From IMG/VR virus record IMGVR_UViG_3300045988_134855: DNA of 37,761 nucleotides, one strand, 5' to 3'. Both the position numbers and the translations under genes were made by a program. Under the pieces are notes generated by a model, which had not been told where the DNA came from, did no database searches, and saw only the letters and a program-made list of their open reading frames with translations. The stretch is from a virus. Positions within the stretch are counted from its first letter, which is position 1. Each line of letters starts with the position of its first letter. Shown here one piece after another: positions 17,365-31,779 of the stretch.

Positions 17365-18882
17365 ATGGCGATAGAAAGCAAAATAATAAAAGAACTAATA
17401 ACTCAATTTAATATGTCAGATGTAAAAAAGAAAATGCTAGAAGGCGAAAGGTACTTTAGAGATAAAAATGATATATTAAAAAAAGATTTAAAAAGTTATA
17501 CAGTTTTTGATCAAAAAACAGGAAACAAAAAGAAAATTGTTAATGAAAATAAATCAGACGAACATATACCTCATGGTTTCTATTGGAAGCAAGTAAATCA
17601 AAAGAAAACTTATGTGTGTGGAAAGCCAATAACAATATCATATAATATTCCAGTTGACGGCGAAAAAGAAGATACGCCTAAAAAAGCTGAAAGAAAAATA
17701 ACTAACATGGTATGGAATACTTTAGGAGTTAATTTTGAAAAACTTATAAAAAACAGACTAAAAGAAGCAAGTAATAAGGGACGAGCATGGCTACATCCTA
17801 ATTATAGAAACGGGAAATTAGTATTTGAAAAGTATCCGTCAGAAGAATGCATACCTATTTATGACAACGAAACACAGACATATTTGACGGCTTTTTTGCA
17901 TTTTTATACAATACAAGATTTAACAGGAGACAAACTAGAAGATAGAACATATGTTGAATATTGGGATGAAAAAGAAGTAAGATATTTTATTGAAACTAAA
18001 GTTGGAGATACAACAGTATATTTAGAGGATGTTACTAGAGAAAGGCCAGAATGTCATTGGTACAGAGAAATATATGATAATGCTCTAAACAATCTAAAAG
18101 GAATAGAAAAACACAGTTGGGGTAAAGTACCATTCATTGAAATAGAGAACAATGAAGAAAAAATGACAGATTTAGAACCAATAAAACCACTAATAGATGC
18201 ATATGATTTAATAAATAGTAATTTTGTAAATACAGTAGAAGATTTAAAAGAAATTATATGGCTTATTAATGGATATGGGGCAGAGGATTTACTTGCACTA
18301 ATAGAGAACTTAAAAGTTAATGGAGTAGCAAGAACAAATGATACTGCGGGGAAGATAGATGCAAAACTATTGCCAATACCATATGAGGCGAGACAAGCAT
18401 TGTTAAAAGGATTAAAGGAGCTCATATATGAATTTGGTAGAGCAGTAGATACAAGTAATAAAGATTTAATAGGGCAAGCTCCAAGTGGCGTTTCGTTAGA
18501 GTTTTTGTATACAGACCTAGACATGAAAGCAGATGACAGTATAGGTGGACTCACAAGTGCTATATATGAAATTTTATGGTATGTATTGCAAGATTTAAAA
18601 ATGCAAAACAAGATACCACAAGAAATAAATGAGTTTGATTTCAAAATTGAATTTAATAAATCGAGAATATTTAATGAAAATGAAAAAATAAATACATTAA
18701 ATAATGACAATATATTAAGCACTAGATCAAAGCTTGAAAAACACCCTCTTTGTGATGACGTAGAAATAGAACTACAAAGATTAAAAGAAGAGCAAGAAGA
18801 AAAAATGAAAATGCAACAAGAAATATTTAATAATGCAGGAGGATTTGAAGATAATCATAGTAATAAAGGTAATCAAGAATAG
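17365..18882 (+). CDS. Portal protein, SPP1 gp6-like
   Basis: 505 aa; between terL and the minor head gene; YIPHGFYWKQVNQKKTYVCGKPITIS, LEDYDLINSNFVN, GAPSGVSLEFLYTDLD-like segments. Confidence 0.93.
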   Translation: MAIESKIIKELITQFNMSDVKKKMLEGERYFRDKNDILKKDLKSYTVFDQKTGNKKKIVNENKSDEHIPHGFYWKQVNQKKTYVCGKPITISYNIPVDGEKEDTPKKAERKITNMVWNTLGVNFEKLIKNRLKEASNKGRAWLHPNYRNGKLVFEKYPSEECIPIYDNETQTYLTAFLHFYTIQDLTGDKLEDRTYVEYWDEKEVRYFIETKVGDTTVYLEDVTRERPECHWYREIYDNALNNLKGIEKHSWGKVPFIEIENNEEKMTDLEPIKPLIDAYDLINSNFVNTVEDLKEIIWLINGYGAEDLLALIENLKVNGVARTNDTAGKIDAKLLPIPYEARQALLKGLKELIYEFGRAVDTSNKDLIGQAPSGVSLEFLYTDLDMKADDSIGGLTSAIYEILWYVLQDLKMQNKIPQEINEFDFKIEFNKSRIFNENEKINTLNNDNILSTRSKLEKHPLCDDVEIELQRLKEEQEEKMKMQQEIFNNAGGFEDNHSNKGNQE

Positions 18883-18892
18883 AGGTGATTAA

Positions 18893-20528
18893 ATGGCTAG
18901 AAAACCTCTAGACTATTGGGAAAAAAGACAAACAGAATTAATGAAAAGACTAGAAAAAGGTACAGAAAATACTATAAAGGGTCTAATAAGGTCATATGAT
19001 CAAGCTACTAAGAATATAAATAAAGAAATTAGTAGAATATATAAAAATTATAGCAAATCGGATATACTTGATAAAAAAGTCCTAAATCAGTTATTAAACA
19101 AAAAAGAAACAGATACATACAGGAGAAACTTATTAACTACAATAAATAATAATATAAAAAATGAAAATATTAAGCAGAAGATGTTATTAAAATACAATTC
19201 ATCTGCTTATTCTTTTCGTATATCAAGATATGAACAATTGCAAGAAAGTATTGATTTAGAATTAAAAAAATTAGCAGATGTAGAACAACAAATAACAGAA
19301 ATAAGATATGTAGATACAATAAAAGAAGGATATTATCATAATATATATAATGTTCAAAAAAATACTGGATTAGGATTTAATTTTTCACAAATAGATAATA
19401 AAACAATAAATTTATTATTAAATGAAAAATGGACTGATAATGCGAATTTTTCTCAAAGAATATGGAAAAATAGCGAAAAATTAGGTAATTATTTAAAAAC
19501 ACAATTAACTGCCGACACAATGTCAGGAAAAACAATACAAAAAATAGCTTCTGAATTATCTGGTTATATGAATGTTGGTTTATACAATGCTACTACATTG
19601 GTAAGAACAGAAGTAAATCATTTTGCAAATGAAGCGGAAATGTTATCTTATGAAGAATTAGATATAGAAAAATATAGATTTATAGCAACTTTAGATAATG
19701 TGACTTGTAAACATTGTGCAGAGTTAGACAATAAAGTATTTAATTTAAAAGATAGACAGCCACGGTAAAAATTATCCACCTATACACCCAAACGACCGTT
19801 GTACAACAGTTGCAGTATTTGATGATGAAGTAACAGAAGGATTGCAAAGAAGAGCAAAAGATGAAAATGGAAATGCTATATTTGTACCACAAGATATGGA
19901 CTATCAGCAATGGTATGATAAATATATAGATAAAGATGAAGGAATATTACAAAGGATATTTAATAAAGATGGAAGAATAGATTATAAAGATATTACTAAA
20001 CAAAAAGATAATATAATAAACATAGCATTTAAAAATGAAAATATAAAAAATATTGCTTTAAATACCAACATTAAGTTAATAAAATTAGGTGGGGATAAGG
20101 CATATCATAGAAATGGAAATATAGTTTTAAAAACAAATTATAATAATCATACAGTAAGACATGAAGTAGCTCATGCGATAGATTATAATAATAAATGGTT
20201 ATCATCAAATAATAGATTTAAAGATGCTATACAGAAAGACCAAAATATAATTTCTCAAAATAAAGAATTATATAAAAATATTATTAAAAATAATAGAAAT
20301 TGTATAGAGCTAAGTGATATAATGAGTGGAATGACACATAATGAAATAAGTGGCAGATATAAACATGATAACAAGTATTGGAAAAAGAAAAATAAACTTG
20401 AAAGAGAAATATTTGCTCAAATGTTTACAACGGCAGGAAATGATGATTTAAAACAACTAGAAATATTTCAAAAATATTTTCCTAATACTTTTAAAGAGTT
20501 TGATAATTTAATAAGGAGGTTATTATAA
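18893..20528 (+). CDS. SPP1 gp7-like minor head protein fused to C-terminal metallopeptidase-like domain, recoded: +1 shift at CGG 19763-19765
   Basis: ...CKHCAELDNKVFNLKDRQP + [C]GGT -> G-KNYPPIHPNDRCTTVAVFDDEVTEG...HTVRHEVAHAIDYNN...; 544 aa. Confidence 0.92.
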
Positions 20529-20722
20529 TGTTTGTTGAACTTATAGATGAAGAATTAGAACAAAAATTAGATGAATATGAAGCTATATTCCCAGAGGGAT
20601 TTCCTTTAATGCAGTTTGACGGAACAAGACAAGAGTTAATAGAAGAAATAGATAAATGTATTAAAACAAAAAAAGAATATGATACAAGTTTTTGGGATGA
20701 AAATTCAGATATTGAAACTTAA
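20528..20722 (+). CDS. Hypothetical acidic protein
   Basis: 64 aa ORF with RBS. Confidence 0.5.
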   Translation: MFVELIDEELEQKLDEYEAIFPEGFPLMQFDGTRQELIEEIDKCIKTKKEYDTSFWDENSDIET

Positions 20723-20954
20723 AAGGAGGAAATATGAAAGAAGGAATAAAGCAAAAGAACTGGTAAGTAAATTGAATTAGTTATTAATATTTTAAAATTA
20801 TAAATCAAGAGCTAGAAATAGCTCTTATTTTTATGCCCTAGATATGGCTTTAAACTGTCTATTTTTATTACTCATTTGCTTGTGAGAATAAACAAAAAGC
20901 AACTTTTCGTACTGGTAGCACCAGAATAAAAAAGCTAGAAAGGTAGGACCAATT

Positions 20955-21548
20955 ATGGAATGGTTAAAAGAATTATTAAAAAATGCAGGAGTAGAAAATG
21001 TAGATGAATTAGAAGGAAAGATATCTAAAGAATTACCAAAATATTTTAAACCTGCAAAAGAGTTTAACGAAATTAATGAAGAATTGAAAGTAGTTAAAGG
21101 AGAAAAGAAAACATTAGAGGATGACAAAAAGAAAGTTGAGGATGAGTATAACAACTTTAAAAAGGGCTCAATTAGTCAAGCTGATTATGAAGCTAAGAAA
21201 AAAGAAATTGAAGATAATTCAAAGGCTGAAATAGAAAAAGTAAGACTAGAAAGTAAAATAGATTTAGCAATAAATAATGCTAAAGCTAAAAATGTTAAAT
21301 CAGTAAAAGCAAATCTTGATTTAGATAAAATCAAACTAGATGGAGATAAACTTTTAGGATTTGACGACCAAATAGAATCATTAAAGAAAAGTGATGCATA
21401 TCTATTTGAAATTGATAAAAGTGTGAATAAAGGATTAGACGATGATAATCCAAATAAAAGAAAAGAAGATGGCGGAAGTTATGATGATGACGATTTAGAT
21501 AATTTGTCAGATGAAGAATTTTTCGCACTTCAAGAAAAAAATAAATAA
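20955..21548 (+). CDS. Capsid scaffold protein
   Basis: MEWLKELLKNAGVENVDELEGKISKELPKYFKPAKEFNEINEELK; acidic coiled coil before the capsid gene. Confidence 0.85.
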   Translation: MEWLKELLKNAGVENVDELEGKISKELPKYFKPAKEFNEINEELKVVKGEKKTLEDDKKKVEDEYNNFKKGSISQADYEAKKKEIEDNSKAEIEKVRLESKIDLAINNAKAKNVKSVKANLDLDKIKLDGDKLLGFDDQIESLKKSDAYLFEIDKSVNKGLDDDNPNKRKEDGGSYDDDDLDNLSDEEFFALQEKNK

Positions 21549-21565
21549 GAAAGAAGGAATTAATT

Positions 21566-22684
21566 ATGCCAAACAAATTATTAACATGTCAAAGAATAGC
21601 AAGAGAAGCATTACCAATGCTAGTAAATAACTTAGTAGTACCTGAGTTATTCTATACTGATTATAGTAAAGATTTTGTAAAAGAAGGAGATACAATCCAA
21701 GTTGAAAAACCAGCTCAATTCGAAGCAAAGGATTTCAAAGATGAAGTAACAATTCAAGAAATCAATCAAAAAAGTGTTCCAGTAGTTATGGATCATATTG
21801 CAGATGTATCTGTAGAAATTACATCTAAAGAATTAACTTTAGATAGAGTAGCATTTAATGAAAAAATATTAACACCTATGATGGAGGCTATTGCAGAAAA
21901 AATCAATAAAGAAGGTCTTGAAATGTACAAAAATGTTTATAAAACATTAGGTGCAGCAGGAACAACACCTTCAACAATAGAAGTGATGGCAAATGCTAGA
22001 GGGTTATTAAATAAAGCTAAATCTCCAATGGGAAATAGATATGCTGTATGGGATCCAGACGCAGATGTAAAATTCTCTACAATAGATGCAATTTTACATG
22101 CTGAAAAATCTGGAAGTACACAAGCATTAAGAGAAGGTTCTATCGGTAGAATACAAGGATTAGAAAACTTTATGTCTCAACAAGTTGCAGTACATGAAGC
22201 TGGAACATTTACAAAAGTTACAACACCAAAAGCAAATGCAAAAGCAAATAAAGGAAGTGACACAATAGTTCTTAAAGGTGGGGCTGCTTCTGAAACATTA
22301 GTTAAAGGAGATTTATTAATAGTAGATGGACAACAATATGTTGTAATGGAAGATGCAACAGCAGATACTGGTGTAATAACTGCAAAAGTATATCCATCAG
22401 TTGTAAAAGAAATTGCAGCAGATACAGAGGTAACATTTATAGATAAAACCTCTGGTGGCCATGTTGCTAACTTAGTATTCAACAAATTAGCATTTGCTTT
22501 CGTATCAAGAGCGTTAGCATTACCAGTTGATGGTAGGGACTCTTATGTAATTTCTTATAAAGGATTAAACTTAAGAGTTGTTTACGGATATGATATGAAA
22601 ACAAAGAAAAATATGCTATCTATTGATACTATTTATGGATTTGCACCATTATATCCATCATTAGCAGCAGTAGTACTAGGATAA
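21566..22684 (+). CDS. Major capsid protein (P22 coat-like family)
   Basis: 372 aa; position after the scaffold gene; RIAREALPMLVNNLVVPELFYTDYSKDFVKEGDTIQVEKP. Confidence 0.88.
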   Translation: MPNKLLTCQRIAREALPMLVNNLVVPELFYTDYSKDFVKEGDTIQVEKPAQFEAKDFKDEVTIQEINQKSVPVVMDHIADVSVEITSKELTLDRVAFNEKILTPMMEAIAEKINKEGLEMYKNVYKTLGAAGTTPSTIEVMANARGLLNKAKSPMGNRYAVWDPDADVKFSTIDAILHAEKSGSTQALREGSIGRIQGLENFMSQQVAVHEAGTFTKVTTPKANAKANKGSDTIVLKGGAASETLVKGDLLIVDGQQYVVMEDATADTGVITAKVYPSVVKEIAADTEVTFIDKTSGGHVANLVFNKLAFAFVSRALALPVDGRDSYVISYKGLNLRVVYGYDMKTKKNMLSIDTIYGFAPLYPSLAAVVLG

Positions 22685-22733
22685 TAAAAGGCAGAGAAAT
22701 CTGCCTTAATTAATTTATTAGGAGGAATGGAAA

Positions 22734-22970
22734 ATGAAATGTCCAATATGTGGAAAAGAGTTCTCAGAACCAGTATTACCTTTACATATTGCAAGATGTG
22801 AAAAAGGTAAAAAAATAGAAGAAAACAAACCTAAAAAGATTGAGCAAATGAATAAAGAGGAACTATTAGCTAAAGCAAAAGAATTAGAAATAGTAATTGA
22901 AAAAGTAGAAGAAACAACAAAAGCTCAAATAATAGAAATGATTAAAGAAAAAGAAACACCACAAGAGTAG
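22734..22970 (+). CDS. Small protein with zinc finger and Rho_N/HeH-like C-terminus
   Basis: KCPICGKEFSEPVLPLHIARCEKGKK. Confidence 0.65.
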   Translation: MKCPICGKEFSEPVLPLHIARCEKGKKIEENKPKKIEQMNKEELLAKAKELEIVIEKVEETTKAQIIEMIKEKETPQE

Positions 22971-22978
22971 GTGATTTT

Positions 22979-23329
22979 ATGAAACTATTAGATATAGTAA
23001 AAGAAAGACTTGACATTGAAAATGAAAAGCAAGATAAAAAAATACAAGGTTATATTGATGATATTACTAATAAAATAAAATCTAATTGTAATAGAATAGA
23101 TTTGCCACAAGAATTAGAGTATTTAGTTATTAGATATGCTATGAATTGTGTTGTATTTTATAAAAATGGATATGGTGAAGGAAAACAAGTTGTATCTTCT
23201 ATGACAGATGTTAATCAGTCAGTATCATTTAAAGATGTTGGAGCAGTTACAGCAGATGATGTAAATATGGATAAATACATAGAAAAAAACAAAGATGAAA
23301 TCTCTATGTATGCTTATATGAGGTGGTAA
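22979..23329 (+). CDS. Head-tail connector protein
   Basis: Position and LLDIVKERLDIENEKQDKKIQGYIDDITNKIKSNCNRIDLPQELEYLVIRYAMN. Confidence 0.75.
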   Translation: MKLLDIVKERLDIENEKQDKKIQGYIDDITNKIKSNCNRIDLPQELEYLVIRYAMNCVVFYKNGYGEGKQVVSSMTDVNQSVSFKDVGAVTADDVNMDKYIEKNKDEISMYAYMRW

Positions 23330-23676
23330 TTATGCAAATACCTGAAATATTTAAACAAGCAATAGCTGATACATTCTACGATAAAGATATAGAAATATGG
23401 ACATCTGGAACGATAAAAGATGATGAGGGATGTGTTATTGGAAATGGAAAACTAGAAAAGATAGATAGTTTTAAAGGTAATTTTCAATTTTCTACAAGGG
23501 AGTATATTCAACAAGAGTATGGCAAAGAAATAGAAGCTAATGCAATAGTTACTTGTAACGAAACAAAAGCCGAAATAGGCAATATTCTTGTATATGACAA
23601 TAAAGAATATACCATAAAAAGTTTGGTGCCTTCTGACAGCCATATAACTCTTTTAGTGGGTGATAACAATGGCTAG
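23323..23676 (+). CDS. Head-tail adaptor (head-closure) protein
   Basis: MQIPEIFKQAIADTFYDKDIEIWTSGTIKDDEG; synteny. Confidence 0.65.
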   Translation: MVIMQIPEIFKQAIADTFYDKDIEIWTSGTIKDDEGCVIGNGKLEKIDSFKGNFQFSTREYIQQEYGKEIEANAIVTCNETKAEIGNILVYDNKEYTIKSLVPSDSHITLLVGDNNG

Positions 23677-24107
23677 TATAGAAGGATTAGATGAATTACT
23701 TGCAACTCTATCTGGATTAGGTGGAAATGCAAAAGAAAGTTGCAGAAAAGGACTTGAAAGAGGAGCAAAGAAGATACAAAAAGATGCTAAATATTTAGCA
23801 CCTGTAAAAACAGGACATCTTCGTAACTCAATAAAGACTAAATCACAAACAATACAAGATGGAGCAGAAGCACAAGTATTTTCAAATCTTGAATATGCAC
23901 CATATGTTGAGTTTGGAACAGGTCAAAGAGGAACTGAAAGTAATATAGATAGACCAGAACGGAATATCTTATAAGGCTGACTGGAAAGGCATGAGTCCAA
24001 GACCATTCTTAACACCTGCATACTTGCACGCAAAGAATACAGGTGAAGTAGAACAAGAAGTAATTAAATCAATACAGCAAGATATAAGAAAGTTAGGTGG
24101 TAAATAA
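23660..24107 (+). CDS. HK97 gp10-like head-tail protein, recoded: +1 shift at CGG 23960-23962
   Basis: ...NLEYAPYVEFGTGQRGTESNIDRPE + [C]GGA -> G-ISYKADWKGMSPRPFLTPAYLHAKNTGEVEQEVIKSIQQDIRKLGGK*. Confidence 0.92.
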
Positions 24108-24460
24108 TGAAAAATTTAAAGCCACAAATATTAAAAAAATTAGAAGAAATCTCCGATGTAGAGGTTTCTTATTTTTATCCACAAAAGTGGGGTGAATTAG
24201 ATAAAAAATCTGCTATTTCTTATTATGAAATGGACAATTCAATGTCTAGTAAAGCAGATGATGAAGAATATAGCAGTAATATTTCTATTCAAGTAGACAT
24301 TTGGGCTAAAAGTTCAAGTAAATGTTCTAAATTAGCTATTGAAGTAAATGAAAAAATGGAAGATTTAGAGTTTGAAAGAACATTAGCAATGGATTTATTT
24401 GAACAGGAAACAAAAATATATCACAAAACAATGCGTTTTGAAAAAGAAGAAATTTTATAA
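24107..24460 (+). CDS. Tail terminator-like protein
   Basis: Synteny and MKNLKPQILKKLEEISDVEVSYFYPQKWGELDKKSAISYYEMDN...DIWAKSSSKCSKLA. Confidence 0.7.
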   Translation: MKNLKPQILKKLEEISDVEVSYFYPQKWGELDKKSAISYYEMDNSMSSKADDEEYSSNISIQVDIWAKSSSKCSKLAIEVNEKMEDLEFERTLAMDLFEQETKIYHKTMRFEKEEIL

Positions 24461-24475
24461 AAGGAGGGCTTAATT

Positions 24476-25066
24476 ATGCCAAAAAAAGCATTAAGAGGAT
24501 TAAGTGGAATTAAAGTATTTGAATTATTAGAGAATACAGAAACAAATTATAAAGTGGGAGAAGCTGTAAATATACCTTATGCACAAAAATTAACAAGAGA
24601 TATTCAAACATCAAATGATCCAATATATGCAGATGATGAGATATATGATGATGAAGAAATATTTGATGGAGAAAATTTTGAATTGGAAATTCCAGAAGCA
24701 GATTTAGAATTAATGTCTATTTTCGAAGGTGGAAATTACGATGAAGAATCAAAAGAATATTCTTGGGGACCAGACAATCAAAGTAAGGATTATGCAATGA
24801 CATTTAAAGCTAAAAGAAAAGACGGAAACTATAGAATGTTTAGATATTATAGAGCTAAATTTAAGAAAGTAAAGCAAGATTTACAAACACAAGACAATGG
24901 AACACAAGTTGCTATATTAACAATAAGTGGAACATTTTATAAAAGAGCTTTATTATCTGACCCTAAAGTTAGAGTATATAAAGATAGTACAAGTTCAACT
25001 GATTTAACTTGGCTAGATACAGTACCTACTATACCAACACCACAACCATCAGAAGGCCAAGGATAA
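24476..25066 (+). CDS. Major tail (tube) protein
   Basis: ALRGLSGIKVFELLENTETNYKVGEAVNIPYAQKLTRDIQTSNDPIYADDEIYDD...GNFELEIPEA. Confidence 0.87.
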   Translation: MPKKALRGLSGIKVFELLENTETNYKVGEAVNIPYAQKLTRDIQTSNDPIYADDEIYDDEEIFDGENFELEIPEADLELMSIFEGGNYDEESKEYSWGPDNQSKDYAMTFKAKRKDGNYRMFRYYRAKFKKVKQDLQTQDNGTQVAILTISGTFYKRALLSDPKVRVYKDSTSSTDLTWLDTVPTIPTPQPSEGQG

Positions 25067-25117
25067 GACGGAGAGTAGAAATACTCTCCTGAAACTTTTA
25101 TTAGGAGGAAAAAATAA

Positions 25118-25686
25118 ATGACAAAAAGTAATGAAACAAAGAGTTTACCAAAAGTAAAAAGAATACATGGTGTAGAGATTGAAAAAAAGCCTTGTGGCAA
25201 ATATTTTGAAGCTCTACAGACTTTAAAGGATTTGCCAGAAGACTTTATAAAAGAGTTGTCTGACAATGGACAAGATTTCAAATTATCAGAAATGTTTACA
25301 ATGGAAAATATAATGAATTTAGTAATGAAATTATTAATTATATTACCAAACTTTACATTTAATTTCTTATCTAAATTAATGGAAATAGATAGAAATGTAT
25401 TAGAAAATCAGCTTACACCAAAGGAATTACTAGATGTTATACAAGAGTTTTGGAAAGTGAATGAACTAGAAAGTTTTTTCGACCAAATGAAGCCAATATT
25501 GAGCAAGATTACAACTCTAATTGGCTTCAAAGAACAATTGCAATCTGCATCAAAATAGGAATAAGTAAAAAAGAATTTTTAGAAGACTATTATCCGGATG
25601 AAATCCCAATTATAATGCAAGAATATGCAGAATTAAACAAAGTAAGCAATAGTGATGAAGAAGAAGTAGAAGCAGAAGACTTTTAA
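25118..25686 (+). CDS. Tail assembly chaperone; short form 25118-25558 plus -1 frameshift extension to 25686
   Basis: TCA AAA TAG at 25550-25558; -1 slip on A-AAA gives ...SASK|IGISKKEFLEDYYPDEIPIIMQEYAELNKVSNSDEEEVEAEDF*. Confidence 0.75.
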
Positions 25687-25754
25687 AAATTTGACCCCAA
25701 AAGATATTATTTTCAATTTATATATGTTATACTCTTATTAGGAGGGGATAAAAT

Positions 25755-26288
25755 ATGGAAAAAGGAAATAATGAAAAAAATACAACTGGTTGTTTGATAG
25801 TATTTTTAATAGCATTTCTATTAATATTTTTACCAATATTAATAGGAATGATAGCAAATAATATCAATACTTCAAATCAAGCTAAACATGAAATGAAATT
25901 AATAGAAGAAGGAAAAGTAAAAACACATAATGAAGTAATAAATGAAATTGTAGAAATATTAAAAAATAGAGACGAAGAAAAGTTAGAAGAATATTTAGCA
26001 GATGATTTTATATATTATAAAAGTAAAGAAAATATAGAAAATAAATATGTAAATTACTTTTTTAATGATTTAGATGTGTTAGTTTCAAATTTTGAAATTG
26101 AAAATACACAAGATGCAATTGGGGATAATGAAGCTTATGAAATATATTGGAATGTTATAGAGAAAAATAAAGAGTATGGAATAGATAAAAATAGTAACTA
26201 TTATTGTTTACAAAAGATTAGAATAATTTTGGAGAAAGTAGTTAAAGAAGAAATAACTTACGAAATTGAAAGAATAATTTTATTTTAA
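25755..26288 (+). CDS. Membrane-anchored hypothetical protein inserted before the tape measure gene
   Basis: TM segment TGCLIVFLIAFLLIFLPILIGMI followed by a DUF4878-like soluble domain. Confidence 0.6.
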   Translation: MEKGNNEKNTTGCLIVFLIAFLLIFLPILIGMIANNINTSNQAKHEMKLIEEGKVKTHNEVINEIVEILKNRDEEKLEEYLADDFIYYKSKENIENKYVNYFFNDLDVLVSNFEIENTQDAIGDNEAYEIYWNVIEKNKEYGIDKNSNYYCLQKIRIILEKVVKEEITYEIERIILF

Positions 26289-26336
26289 AAGATAGACACT
26301 TACTTAGGTAGGTGTTTTTATTTTGTCTGAAAGGAA

Positions 26337-30576
<4,240 letters not shown>

Positions 30577-31752
30577 ATGAATTGTATAGAAATAATAAAT
30601 ACGAATTTTGAATTGCTTGGTATTATTACTAATTTTGAAAGCCTTATTTGTGTGTGGAACTATTATGAATGTGGAACTTTTGAATTAACTATTAATAAAA
30701 ATAAAGCTAATACTAATAAGTTAAAAAAGGACAATATGTTAATAGTTAATAAAAGAGATGACAAGATATTGTTAATAGATAAAATAGCAACGAGTACTAA
30801 CAAAAATACTAAAACTATGAAAGTTACAGGATATTGCATAAAAGGTATTACAAAAAGAAGAATAGTTGCTACAAACGGCTATGACAGAGTATCAGAAGAT
30901 CATGCAGAGAACATCCAAAAACATTATTTAAAAAATCATTTAGTAGAAAGCTATTACGATAATATAAGAACGCCTGAAAGGGACATTTCTTGGATTAAAA
31001 TAGCACCTTCGCAAAATAGAGGAATAAAAACAGTATGGCAAGCAAGACTAACTAATTTGCATGACGAAGAAAAACATATAAGTGAAGATACAGGGTTAGG
31101 TTGGTATGGTTATCTAAGTAGAACTGAAAAATGTATATATTTTGATAGTTTAAAAGGAACAGACAGAACTGTAAATCAAGTAGAAAGTCTAAATACACAC
31201 AAATTTTTAAAAGATTTCACACATGAACAACTACAAGCTTATACGCACGAACAATTACAAGGAACAATAAAACATCCTTATATTATATTTAGTGAAAAAA
31301 AGAAGAATTTACTTGAAGGAAAGACAACAGACGATAACTCAAATTATAAAAATGTTGGATATGTAGCAGGTAAAGGAGAAAACGAGGATAGACTTATAAC
31401 TGTTTTAGGAACTGCAACAGGTTTCGATAGAAGAGAAGTTTTAATAGATTTAAATAATATAGAAGATGTAGATGAACTAAAAACAGAAGGACAAAAGAAA
31501 CTAGATACATATAAAATAATTCAAAGTATAGAAGGAAAAGTATATCAAATTCCAAATATGGAATGGGAAAAAGATTTCTTTTTAGGAGATTTAGTAACTC
31601 TTGAAAGTGATGGAATATATGAAGATAAACGTATAATTCAAGCAAAAGAGATATACGAAAGAAACAACAAAACAGTTGAACTAGGCTTTGGAGATAAAGT
31701 ACCAAGTCTAGGAGAAGAAATAAAAAGAATAATAACAAGACCTATAAACTAG
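30577..31752 (+). CDS. Gp37-like tail protein (siphovirus baseplate/tail lysin family)
   Basis: MNCIEIINTNFELLGIITNFESLICVWNYYECGTFELTINKNKAN...LGDLVTLESDGIYEDKRIIQA. Confidence 0.85.
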   Translation: MNCIEIINTNFELLGIITNFESLICVWNYYECGTFELTINKNKANTNKLKKDNMLIVNKRDDKILLIDKIATSTNKNTKTMKVTGYCIKGITKRRIVATNGYDRVSEDHAENIQKHYLKNHLVESYYDNIRTPERDISWIKIAPSQNRGIKTVWQARLTNLHDEEKHISEDTGLGWYGYLSRTEKCIYFDSLKGTDRTVNQVESLNTHKFLKDFTHEQLQAYTHEQLQGTIKHPYIIFSEKKKNLLEGKTTDDNSNYKNVGYVAGKGENEDRLITVLGTATGFDRREVLIDLNNIEDVDELKTEGQKKLDTYKIIQSIEGKVYQIPNMEWEKDFFLGDLVTLESDGIYEDKRIIQAKEIYERNNKTVELGFGDKVPSLGEEIKRIITRPIN

Positions 31753-31779
31753 GTCTTATTATTATGGAAAGGAAAAATT

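Noticed and set aside
19763-19768. Simple reassignment of CGG to Gln or Trp as known in some Firmicutes/CPR bacteria
   Set aside because: The zero frame after CGG terminates quickly at every site (immediately TAA at site 4), so an amino-acid reassignment without a frame change cannot make the full proteins.
22177-22485. Minus-strand ORFs inside strongly coding plus-strand genes (e.g. 4780-4965, 7477-7719, 9416-9784, 18054-18722, 22177-22485, 31394-31738, 33631-33954)
   Set aside because: They are shadow ORFs with low-complexity Leu/Phe/Ser-rich translations, lack RBSs, and overlap well-supported genes.
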